Of a stretch of 32,000 bases of DNA, positions 7,062 through 15,107 are shown in pieces. The position numbers were made by a program, and so were the translations under genes. Each line of letters starts with the position of its first letter. Positions within the stretch are counted from its first letter, which is position 1. The notes below the pieces were generated by a model that was not told where the DNA came from, ran no database searches, and saw nothing but the letters and a program-made list of their open reading frames with translations. The stretch spans positions 2,460,001 to 2,492,000 of the forward strand of contig NC_009483.1 of the NCBI RefSeq assembly GCF_000016745.1, written 5' to 3'. The stretch comes from Geotalea uraniireducens Rf4. GTDB taxonomy: Bacteria > Desulfobacterota > Desulfuromonadia > Geobacterales > Geobacteraceae.

Positions 7062-9035
7062 TTGGGAGGATTTTTGTCACCATTTTCTCTCGCGACCCCC
7101 GTTTCAAAGCGAGCAAGCCAGCTGCTCGCCATTGCGACTGTCCTGACCATCGCCGCCTTCCTGTTTCGCCAGATCCACGAGATGGACATCTGGTGGCACC
7201 TGGCAATCGGCCGCGACATACTGGCCCGCCACGCCATCCCGATAATAGACAGCTTCAGCATAGCCGGAGCAGGCAGGCATTACCACGACTCCCACTGGCT
7301 GTTCCAGGTGGCTGCGGCAGTGATTCATGGCGCCGGCGGCATGGTCGGAATCCAGCTGTTCATGGTGCTGACCTGGGGGGTGACGTTATGGTTTTGCTAC
7401 CGGAGCATGGACAGCACCGTGGCGATGCCGATCCGGCTCTTTCTCCTGTTTCTGACCGTAATGGCAGCATCGGAGCGTTTCCGGCCGCGTCCCGAGTTGT
7501 TCACGTACCTGATGATTGCCGTTTTCTTTTTCTCTTTGCGAGAACGCACGTTCCTCACCCGCCGGGGACAACTCCTCATCGGCCTTTTTCAGGTCATCTG
7601 GACCAACAGCCATGGTCTTTTCGTGCTCGGCCCCTTCATGGTACTCTGTGCCTGGCTGTCGGCTCTTCCGGACCGCTGGAGGGGCAAAAGCAACGATCTT
7701 GTTCCTCTCTCCCGTCTTTTGCTGCTTTGCATGTTCGCCACGATCATCTCCCCGTACGGCTGGGGGACCTGGCGATATGCCTTGCTGTTGGCCACTGAAG
7801 TGAAGGGGGGCGGGCCTGCCATATTCCGCTTCCTCGGAGAGCTGAGCCCGACCCTGGGCTTTGACACCATGTCCAAACCCGCCTTCTGGTTTTTTGCAGC
7901 TCTCTTCGTCCTTTGCCTGGCTACAATTATATTTGCCGCATGCCGGGGGCGCATCCGGACAAATTGGTTGCCCATGGTTGCAGGCATGGCATTGCTCGCC
8001 CTGAGCGGGCGCAGAAACATGGTTCTCTTCGCGCTCGTTGCCTCTCCGTTTATATGCGACCAATTGGCAATCCATGCCTGGCCACGAAAACCGGTATCTG
8101 CTCCCATAACTCTGATTGTGGCAGCAGCCGTACTTTTTTGGGGCTCTCTTCCGGTCTCCGGCATCTACTATACTTCCTTGCATCCAAAACCCACCCGCTT
8201 CGGACTCGGGGCGACGCCTTCCTATTTCCCCTATGGCTTGCCGGCTTTTCTTGAGAAAGTTTCTTTCCGGGGGCCGATATACAACTGCAACTTACTGGGA
8301 GGTTTTTATCTGTTTCATGGTTACCCTGAATTGCGCCCGCTGTTCGATGGGCGATGGGAAGTCTATGACCCGGCCACCCTGGATGAAATCATGGAGGCGG
8401 CGTACAATAAAAACCTGTGGCAAAAGATGCTCAGTCGATATGATTTCAAGGGCATACTGCTTCACCACGATGCAGCAGAGAGTCGCGGCTTGCTCCCCAG
8501 TTTGGCGGCGGACCCCATGTGGAGGCTTGTCTATCTGGATTATGCCGCCTCTTTCTGGATGAGGAGCGACCAGCCGGCGCTTCCCCCTCCTCTCGACCCG
8601 GCTCTCGTCGTCAGCAGGCCGGACCATCCCGTCAACTATTACGATTGCCTGAGTCTCGGGCGGTTTCTCTATTTGACTAATGCCTCCGCCGCCCGGATAG
8701 CCAATCTCAACCGCGCCCTCACCCTTGGCGTCGAGCGGGAATTCGTCCTGGAACTGCTTGGAGGGGCGTATCTGGATAGCGCTGATGATGTAAAAGCCGA
8801 AGCCGTTTTCACGGACCTTTTGCGACAATACCCCCGCAATGTCAAGGCGATGGTGAATATGGCCGTAATCTACGGTAATCGGGGAAACCTGCCGAAGGCA
8901 GAAATGTATCTGAACGACGCCATTCTGCATGATCCCGATAATGCAACGGCCAGGTCCAATTTGACCACACTCCGAAGGATAAAAAAAATGAATGCCGACC
9001 TTCTTCTCTCCTTGAACGGAGGAACTAAGGAGTAG
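7062..9035 (+). CDS. large polytopic membrane protein with C-terminal TPR repeats (possible GT-C-like glycosyl/lipid transferase)
   Basis: Many hydrophobic helices span roughly the first 390 aa. An acidic/aromatic loop, HEMDIWWHLAIGRD, follows the first helix. The C-terminal soluble part has TPR-like repeats (AEAVFTDLLRQYPRNVKAMVNMAVIYGNRGNLPKAEMYLNDAILHDPDN). TTG 7074 (GGGAGGA upstream) is an alternative start. Confidence 0.8.
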   Translation: MGGFLSPFSLATPVSKRASQLLAIATVLTIAAFLFRQIHEMDIWWHLAIGRDILARHAIPIIDSFSIAGAGRHYHDSHWLFQVAAAVIHGAGGMVGIQLFMVLTWGVTLWFCYRSMDSTVAMPIRLFLLFLTVMAASERFRPRPELFTYLMIAVFFFSLRERTFLTRRGQLLIGLFQVIWTNSHGLFVLGPFMVLCAWLSALPDRWRGKSNDLVPLSRLLLLCMFATIISPYGWGTWRYALLLATEVKGGGPAIFRFLGELSPTLGFDTMSKPAFWFFAALFVLCLATIIFAACRGRIRTNWLPMVAGMALLALSGRRNMVLFALVASPFICDQLAIHAWPRKPVSAPITLIVAAAVLFWGSLPVSGIYYTSLHPKPTRFGLGATPSYFPYGLPAFLEKVSFRGPIYNCNLLGGFYLFHGYPELRPLFDGRWEVYDPATLDEIMEAAYNKNLWQKMLSRYDFKGILLHHDAAESRGLLPSLAADPMWRLVYLDYAASFWMRSDQPALPPPLDPALVVSRPDHPVNYYDCLSLGRFLYLTNASAARIANLNRALTLGVEREFVLELLGGAYLDSADDVKAEAVFTDLLRQYPRNVKAMVNMAVIYGNRGNLPKAEMYLNDAILHDPDNATARSNLTTLRRIKKMNADLLLSLNGGTKE

Positions 9036-9037
9036 CA

Positions 9038-9226
9038 ATGCCGTCCGGATGTGCGTATCCCATCTTAAATGATGATAGTTGCCTTGATTTTTCCCGAGCG
9101 GATGATTATCATATATTCAACCTCAAGATAAACGAGAGGTATCCTACCGAAAAGGAGATAGGGACTTATGTGGACAGCGCAATTTATGATTCGGCCGGTT
9201 TCCCACTGCAAAGAGGGTTGCCCTAG
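9038..9226 (+). CDS. hypothetical small protein (62 aa), doubtful
   Basis: The ATG lies 2 nt after the upstream stop, with AAGGAG 6 nt upstream. However, the stretch is visibly AT-richer with many rare codons (tta, ata, aga, agg), and I recognise no similarity. Confidence 0.25.
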   Translation: MPSGCAYPILNDDSCLDFSRADDYHIFNLKINERYPTEKEIGTYVDSAIYDSAGFPLQRGLP

Positions 9227-9262
9227 CAAGCCCGCCGCCTGATCGCGACGGGCGTTCCAACG

Positions 9263-9297
9263 AGCCCCCTGTCTTTCAATGGCAGGGGGCTTTTTTT
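9263..9297 (+). terminator. rho-independent terminator
   Basis: AGCCCCCTG (9263-9271) pairs with CAGGGGGCT (9283-9291), followed by a T7 run. Confidence 0.8.
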
Positions 9298-9339
9298 ATG
9301 ATAATATTGCTCCGGCAATTAAACATGTAAAACCCTGAT

Positions 9340-9392
9340 GTAGGCGCAGGGCTTGCCCTGCGCCGATTGGGCGAGGCGAGCCTCGCCCCTAC
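9340..9392. repeat. GC-rich REP-like double-hairpin element
   Basis: GTAGG...CCTAC outer arms enclose two hairpins: GGCGCAGGG/CCCTGCGCC and GGGCGAGGC/GCCTCGCCC. Confidence 0.5.
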
Positions 9393-9394
9393 CA

Positions 9395-9423
9395 TTGATA
9401 TGTTTAATCACCGGTTCAATAAT
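9395..9423 (+). promoter_or_regulatory. sigma-70-like promoter candidate for the S10 peptidase operon
   Basis: TTGATA (9395-9400), a 17 nt spacer, then AATAAT (9418-9423), about 45 nt upstream of the start codon. Confidence 0.4.
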
Positions 9424-9467
9424 GTCCTCATAAAAGCGAAATTGGGATAAACTTTTGAAATACAACC

Positions 9468-11027
9468 ATGGAGGTGATCATTTTGATTCCGTCAATCCTT
9501 CTTGCCGCCGCGCTGATTACCGGAACCCCTTATCATGCGTCACATCCGGTGCCGGAGGCTGCTGTTGCTTCTGATGCGGCAAAGGGTGAAGAAAAACAGC
9601 CGGAGAAGGACAAGAATGCGGCCGTCCCGGAAAAACCGGTGGTCACCAGGCATAAGGTTGTCGTGGAGAATAGGGAAATCGGGTACATGGTGACCACAGG
9701 CCATCTGCCGGTGATGAACGATGCCGGCGAAAGCGAAGCGCAGATCTTCTTTATTGCCTATACGGCTGACAACCCATCCCCCGGAATACGGCGGCCGCTC
9801 CTGTTCATCTTCAATGGCGGCCCGGGCGCGGCTTCGGTCTGGCTTCACCTGGGCGCTGTCGGTCCCAGGCGCGTCCAGATGCTTCCTGACGGTAGGATGC
9901 CGCCACCCCCTTACCAGTTGGTGGATAACGAATTCACCTGGCTGGATCAGGCCGATCTGGTCTTCATCGATCCGGTCGGCACCGGCTACAGTCGGGCGGT
10001 CAAGCCGGAGTTGACCAAGAAATTTGCCACGGTGCAGGGGGACATCGATTCGGTTGGCAGATTCATCAGGCTCTATCTGGCCCGTTACGGGCGCTGGAAT
10101 TCGCCGTTGTTCCTGGTGGGGGAGAGCTACGGTGCGTTCCGCGCCGCCGGCCTTTCGGACTACCTTTTTGAGCACGGCGCCGCCCTGAACGGGATCATCC
10201 TCATCTCTTCCGTCATGAACATGCAGGCCATTTCGTTCGACCAGGGTAACGATCTCCCCTATGAACTGTTCCTGCCCAGCTACACGGCCACTGCCTGGTA
10301 CCATAAGAAACTCTCTCCGGACCTTCAGGGTGATCTGGACAAGACGCTTGCGACCGTTGAGAACTGGGCTGCAACCGGGTATCTGACCGCCCTCGGCAAG
10401 GGAGATACTCTCTCTCCGGAAGAGAGGCGAACGGTGGTCGAGAAGCTATCCGCATTCACGGGGTTGGATAAATCCTATATCGACAACCGCAACTTGCGCA
10501 TCGACAACAGGAGCTTTGTCAGAGACCTTTTGCGCGATCAGAGGCAAGTGGTCGGGTTTATGGACAGCCGGTTCACGGCGGCGAACCTGGACCCGGCGGC
10601 TCCTTTCGGGTTTGACCCGACCGTAGCTACGATCCGCGCCCCGTATACGGCCACTTTCAACGACTATGTCCGTCGTGAGCTCGGATTCAAGTCTGACCTG
10701 GAATACTTCACCTTGGGCGGAGGGATCGGACGTTGGGACTGGGAGGCGAAAAACGGTTACGCCGACAGCAGTGAGAATTTGCGCAATGCCTTTGCCAAAA
10801 ACCCGTACATGAAGCTTTTCGTGGCATCGGGCTGCTTCGACCTGGCAACCCCGCATTTTTCCACGGAATATACCATAAACCACCTGGGTCTGACCCCGGC
10901 CCTGAGGGGAAACATAACAACCCGTCGATACAGGGCAGGGCACATGATGTATCTGGACAGGACGTCGCTTTCCCAGTTGAAAAAGGATGTTGCGGCGTTT
11001 ATCGCAGGTGCTCTGGTAGAGCGATGA
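9468..11027 (+). CDS. secreted serine carboxypeptidase, peptidase family S10
   Basis: N-terminal signal-like segment. GESYG nucleophile motif (LVGESYGAFRA) and a C-terminal AGHMMY histidine motif. TTG 9483 (GGAGG 7 nt upstream) is an alternative start. Confidence 0.9.
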   Translation: MEVIILIPSILLAAALITGTPYHASHPVPEAAVASDAAKGEEKQPEKDKNAAVPEKPVVTRHKVVVENREIGYMVTTGHLPVMNDAGESEAQIFFIAYTADNPSPGIRRPLLFIFNGGPGAASVWLHLGAVGPRRVQMLPDGRMPPPPYQLVDNEFTWLDQADLVFIDPVGTGYSRAVKPELTKKFATVQGDIDSVGRFIRLYLARYGRWNSPLFLVGESYGAFRAAGLSDYLFEHGAALNGIILISSVMNMQAISFDQGNDLPYELFLPSYTATAWYHKKLSPDLQGDLDKTLATVENWAATGYLTALGKGDTLSPEERRTVVEKLSAFTGLDKSYIDNRNLRIDNRSFVRDLLRDQRQVVGFMDSRFTAANLDPAAPFGFDPTVATIRAPYTATFNDYVRRELGFKSDLEYFTLGGGIGRWDWEAKNGYADSSENLRNAFAKNPYMKLFVASGCFDLATPHFSTEYTINHLGLTPALRGNITTRRYRAGHMMYLDRTSLSQLKKDVAAFIAGALVER

Positions 11028-12865
11028 ATGTATCAGGAACTGCCCCAAAGATGACGATTCTTTCAGCATCACCTCCTGAATCGAGCGGTGTTCCTTCTGT
11101 TACATCCAGAAGGGGAGGGGGCTTGGTTTGGCCTTGGGTCATCTGCTTGATTATCGGCGTAGCGCTCTCTCTCGCATCTCCCTTTATGGCCGCTGCAGAC
11201 GAAGTTCAGCAAAAAACCTCGCGGGTGGTCATCGTCGGCGGCGATCGTGACTATCCGCCTTATGAGTTCATCGACAAGGACGGCCATCCCGCCGGCTACA
11301 ACGTTGAATTGACCAAGGCAATTGCCGAGGTGATGGGAATGAAGGTCGAGTTTCGGCTCGGCAGCTGGTCGGAAATGCGCAGCGCCCTGCAGAGCGGAAA
11401 GGTCGACGTGCTCCAGGGGATGTCCTACTCGGTGGAGCGGTCAGCGACGGTCGATTTTTCCCTGCCGCACACCATCGTCAATCATGCCATTTTTGCCCGC
11501 CGTGATTCGCCGATGATAAACTCACTCGACGAACTGGACGGGAGGGCGGTAGTCGTGCACCGGGGCGGAATCATGCACGACTACCTGGTGCGCAAGGGTT
11601 TTACCGGAAAACTGGTCCTTACCGACACTCCTGCGGACGCCCTGCGCCAGCTCTCCTCGGGAAAACACGACTACGCCGTAGTTGCCATCGTACCCGGGAT
11701 GTACATTATCCGCGAACTGAAGCTGACCAACCTGATTCCGGTCGTTCGGAACGTAGCCACCCACCGCTACTGTTACGCAGTGGCCAAGGGGAATGCGGAA
11801 CTCCTTTCCCGCTTCAACGAGGGTATGGCCATCCTCAAAAAGACCGGTCAGTATGAGGCGATTTACAACAAATGGCTCGGCGTTCTCGAACCGCCCGGCG
11901 TTTCGTGGAAACAACTTGCCAAGTACGGCGCAATCGTAGTCGGTCCGCTCGTTCTTCTCCTGGGTGGTTTCGCCCTCTGGTCCCGTACTCTGCATCGTCA
12001 GGTGGCCTTGCGTACCGCCGACCTGACGCGGGAAATAGCCGAGCGGCGCAATGCGGAGGAGGAGTTGCGCCTCAATCAGCAGCAACTGGTCCAGGCTGAC
12101 AAGATGGCCGCCCTGGGCATCCTCGTGTCCGGCGTGGCCCATGAGATCAACAACCCCACCGGCCTGATCCTGCTTGAGGTTCCCAGTCTGAAACGGTTCT
12201 TCACGGACGCCTCAAAGGTCCTGGAACGGTACTACCAGGAGAACGGCGACTTCACCTGCGGCGGACTCCCCTATTCGCGCATGCGGGAAGAGATCCCGCG
12301 CAGCCTTGATAAGCTTCAGGACTCCGGCAAGCGGATCAGGCGCATCGTGGACGATCTCAAGGACTTTGCCCGGCAAGGTGATACCGCCTGCAACGAGATC
12401 GTGGACCTTAATGTGGTGGCGCAGGCGGCTGTGCGTCTGGTCGAGCCGTCCATCCGCAAGGCGACCGACTGCTTCAACGCCCGGTACGGTGAACATCTGC
12501 CCAAAATACGGGGCAACGCCCAGCGCATCGAGCAGGTGCTGGTCAACCTGATCCTCAATGCCTGCCAGGCCCTGCCGGATACTGGTCGGTGCATCGAACT
12601 CGCCACCTATTACGATCCGGGCCGGGGGATCGTCGCCTTCCGTCTGCGGGACGAAGGGATCGGCATCTCCCCTGAGCACTTGTCACGCCTGACCGACCCG
12701 TTTTTCACCACCAAGCGGGATATGGGGGGGACCGGACTGGGTCTGTCGGTCTCGGCCGGAATCGTCAAGGAACATGGCGGGACCCTCGAGTTCGATTCGA
12801 CCCCCGGCAGCGAAACCACCGTAACGATGACTTTGCCTGCATACAAGGAGGATAAAACCCTGTGA
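11024..12865 (+). CDS. sensor histidine kinase with a periplasmic family-3 solute-binding (amino-acid-binding type) domain
   Basis: The ATGA start/stop overlaps the peptidase gene. The layout is signal anchor, then an SBP_bac_3-like block (DYPPYEFIDKDGHPAGYNVELTKAIAEVMGMKVEF...), a second TM helix, the H-box GVAHEINNPTG, and HATPase_c (NLILNACQA, DEGIGI, GGTGLGLS). Confidence 0.9.
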   Translation: MNVSGTAPKMTILSASPPESSGVPSVTSRRGGGLVWPWVICLIIGVALSLASPFMAAADEVQQKTSRVVIVGGDRDYPPYEFIDKDGHPAGYNVELTKAIAEVMGMKVEFRLGSWSEMRSALQSGKVDVLQGMSYSVERSATVDFSLPHTIVNHAIFARRDSPMINSLDELDGRAVVVHRGGIMHDYLVRKGFTGKLVLTDTPADALRQLSSGKHDYAVVAIVPGMYIIRELKLTNLIPVVRNVATHRYCYAVAKGNAELLSRFNEGMAILKKTGQYEAIYNKWLGVLEPPGVSWKQLAKYGAIVVGPLVLLLGGFALWSRTLHRQVALRTADLTREIAERRNAEEELRLNQQQLVQADKMAALGILVSGVAHEINNPTGLILLEVPSLKRFFTDASKVLERYYQENGDFTCGGLPYSRMREEIPRSLDKLQDSGKRIRRIVDDLKDFARQGDTACNEIVDLNVVAQAAVRLVEPSIRKATDCFNARYGEHLPKIRGNAQRIEQVLVNLILNACQALPDTGRCIELATYYDPGRGIVAFRLRDEGIGISPEHLSRLTDPFFTTKRDMGGTGLGLSVSAGIVKEHGGTLEFDSTPGSETTVTMTLPAYKEDKTL

Positions 12866-14280
12866 GCGAGACTGTATATCCCGATTTCGGCATACTTCTG
12901 GTCGACGACGAACCGGACTGGCTCGGCTCTCTTGCCCTGACCCTGGAGTCCTGCGCGGGAATCTGCAACATCGCGACCTGCTGCGACAGCCGCCAGGTCA
13001 TGGCCATACTCGATGAAGGGCGCATCGGCCTTGTCCTGCTCGACCTGACCATGCCGCACCTGTCGGGTGAGGATCTGCTGGAACTGATTGCCGAACGGCA
13101 TCCCGAAATCACCGTCATCGTCGTCAGCGGCCTGAACCAGGTCGAGACCGCCGTCCGCTGCATGAAGCGCGGCGCGTTCGACTATTTCGTCAAGACCGAC
13201 GACGAGGACCGGATGATCGGCGGAGTGCTCCGGGGTGTGCACATGCAGGAGCTTCAACGGGATCACCGGGAAATGGCCAGCCGCTTCTGTTCGCCCGAAA
13301 TCCGGCATCCCGAGGTTTTCGACGCCATCGTCACGGGCGATCGGGCCATGCAGGCCATATTCGCCTATGTGGAAGCTGTGGCCAAGAGCCCGCAGCCGCT
13401 GCTGATAACTGGCGAGAGTGGCGTCGGCAAGGAACTCATCGCCCGCGCCGCCCACAGGCTGAGCGGCTGCCGGGGAAAGCTGGTGACGGTGAACGTGGCC
13501 GGGCTCGACGACACGGTCTTTGCCGATACCCTGTTCGGTCACGTGCGGGGCGCCTTTACCGGCGCCGAACAGGTACGGCGCGGTATGGTGGAGGAAGCAG
13601 CCGACGGCACCCTTTTTCTGGACGAGATCGGCGATCTGAGCATCTCCTCCCAGGTGAAACTCCTGCGACTGCTTCAGGAGGGGGAATATTTCCCGCTCGG
13701 CAGCGACCTGCCCAAGCGCCTCAAGGCCCGGGTCATCGTCGCCACCCATCAGAACCTGTCGGCCAAGGAGGGGACGGGCGCATTCCGCCGTGATCTCTAC
13801 TTCCGCCTCCGCACCCACCACGTCCATGTGCCGCCGCTCCGGGAAAGGAGAGGGGACATTCCCCTGCTGCTGGATCATTTCCTGGAAGAGGCGGCCCGGG
13901 CACTGGGCAAGAAAAAGCCGACCCCGCCAAAGGGTCTGGCCCAGTTTCTCGCCACCTATGGCTTCCCCGGCAATGTCCGCGAACTCAAGGCCATGGTCTA
14001 TGATGCCGTCAGTGTGCACCGCGACCGCATGCTCTCCATGGACTCCTTTGTCAAGGCCGTGGAGCGTTCCCAGGCAGAGGCCGGTCCAGCCGCTGTTACC
14101 CCTCCCAAAGAAAACCCCTTCGCCGGGTTCGACGAACTCCCCACCTTCAGCGATGCCGCTGCATTCCTGGTGATGGAGGCCATGAACCGCGCCAACGGTA
14201 ACCAGACCCTGGCTGCGCGCCTGTTGGGCATATCCCAGCCGGCGCTCTCCAAGCGATTGAAGATGCGGCAATCTATTTGA
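12862..14280 (+). CDS. sigma-54-dependent response regulator (NtrC family: REC + AAA+ + Fis-type HTH)
   Basis: The GTGA overlaps the kinase stop. REC domain (LVLLDLTMP), Walker A GESGVGKE, the sigma-54 contact loop GAFTGA (HVRGAFTGAEQ), and a C-terminal HTH (NQTLAARLLGISQPALSKRLK). Confidence 0.9.
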   Translation: MSETVYPDFGILLVDDEPDWLGSLALTLESCAGICNIATCCDSRQVMAILDEGRIGLVLLDLTMPHLSGEDLLELIAERHPEITVIVVSGLNQVETAVRCMKRGAFDYFVKTDDEDRMIGGVLRGVHMQELQRDHREMASRFCSPEIRHPEVFDAIVTGDRAMQAIFAYVEAVAKSPQPLLITGESGVGKELIARAAHRLSGCRGKLVTVNVAGLDDTVFADTLFGHVRGAFTGAEQVRRGMVEEAADGTLFLDEIGDLSISSQVKLLRLLQEGEYFPLGSDLPKRLKARVIVATHQNLSAKEGTGAFRRDLYFRLRTHHVHVPPLRERRGDIPLLLDHFLEEAARALGKKKPTPPKGLAQFLATYGFPGNVRELKAMVYDAVSVHRDRMLSMDSFVKAVERSQAEAGPAAVTPPKENPFAGFDELPTFSDAAAFLVMEAMNRANGNQTLAARLLGISQPALSKRLKMRQSI

Positions 14281-14328
14281 GGATAAGGGGAGGGGGCCGG
14301 TTGTATAGCGCGGAACCCCGGGGGCATC

Positions 14329-15102
14329 CTAATCCTGCTTGCGTTCGGGAAAGTTACTGAAAACCATGACGATCCCCGTGATATCCCCCCGGTCGTCCCT
14401 GATGGGCGCGGCACAGCCGCCAATCGGTATCTCGTCTCCTTCTTTGTTGATGAAAGTGACATAATCCCTGGGAAGATTTATGATGATGCCGTCTTTGATG
14501 ATTTGCTCCAGATGTTGCCTTTGCAAGGTCTGCTTTTCGCTGCCTATGATTTTAATCACATCCGTAATACTTTTGCCGACAGCGTCTTCCCGGCTCCACT
14601 TGGAAATTTTTTCTGCGGCATAATTCATGAAGGTAATGCGCCCCTCGGTATCGGTGGTGACAACCGCATTACCTATGCTCTTAAGCGTTGCGGCAAACCA
14701 CTGTTCCATCTCCTTCAACTTGCTTTCCATCTCATGCTTGTAGAGGGCGATCCCGATTGCCACATGCAGATCTCTTTCCTTGAACGGCTTGAGTATGTAT
14801 CCGAAAGGCTCCGTCAGTTTTGCGCGTTGCAGGGTTTTTTCATCTCCATAGGCGGTAACGTATACCACGGGAATATTGAAGCGGGTATGGATCTGTCCGG
14901 CTGCCTCTATGCCGTCCATCTCCCCCTTCAGAACGATGTCCATCAGTACCAGGTCGGGTTTGGTCTCTTCCGCCTTCCTGATGGCCTCTTCACCGGAGGA
15001 TGCCTTGCCGGCGACCGTGTATCCCATGTTCTTGAGATTTTCTTCTTCATGGAGCGCGACAATCGCTTCATCTTCCACAATCAGGATCTTATGCCCCGTC
15101 AT
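14329..15102 (-). CDS. response regulator, REC + PAS, with no DNA-binding or enzymatic output
   Basis: REC domain (KILIVEDE ... LVLMDIVL ... YILKPF) followed by a PAS-like C-terminal half (NAVVTTDTEGRITFMN ...). The start lies 5 nt after the upstream kinase stop. Confidence 0.85.
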   Translation of the reverse strand: MTGHKILIVEDEAIVALHEEENLKNMGYTVAGKASSGEEAIRKAEETKPDLVLMDIVLKGEMDGIEAAGQIHTRFNIPVVYVTAYGDEKTLQRAKLTEPFGYILKPFKERDLHVAIGIALYKHEMESKLKEMEQWFAATLKSIGNAVVTTDTEGRITFMNYAAEKISKWSREDAVGKSITDVIKIIGSEKQTLQRQHLEQIIKDGIIINLPRDYVTFINKEGDEIPIGGCAAPIRDDRGDITGIVMVFSNFPERKQD

Positions 15103-15107
15103 GAGCC

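Noticed and set aside
7019-8183. A 259-aa plus-strand ORF (7019..7798) and 265/191-aa minus-strand ORFs overlapping the membrane/TPR gene.
   Set aside because: These are alternate or antisense frames of a gene whose frame gives coherent TM helices. The products are Arg/Pro-rich with no start context.
9170-9235. A GCAAAG-containing segment reminiscent of GEMM-I (c-di-GMP/cGAMP) riboswitches, which are common in Geobacter.
   Set aside because: It lacks the GGGCAAACC tetraloop-receptor region and the paired P1/P2 architecture, so the resemblance is only a hexamer.
12610-14271. A 553-aa reverse-strand ORF, the longest unannotated ORF in the track.
   Set aside because: It lies entirely antisense to the sigma-54 activator gene, which has unmistakable REC/AAA+/HTH motifs. 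Its product is low-complexity (G/A/H/P-rich) with no motifs. It is a typical stop-codon-poor antisense frame of GC-rich coding DNA.
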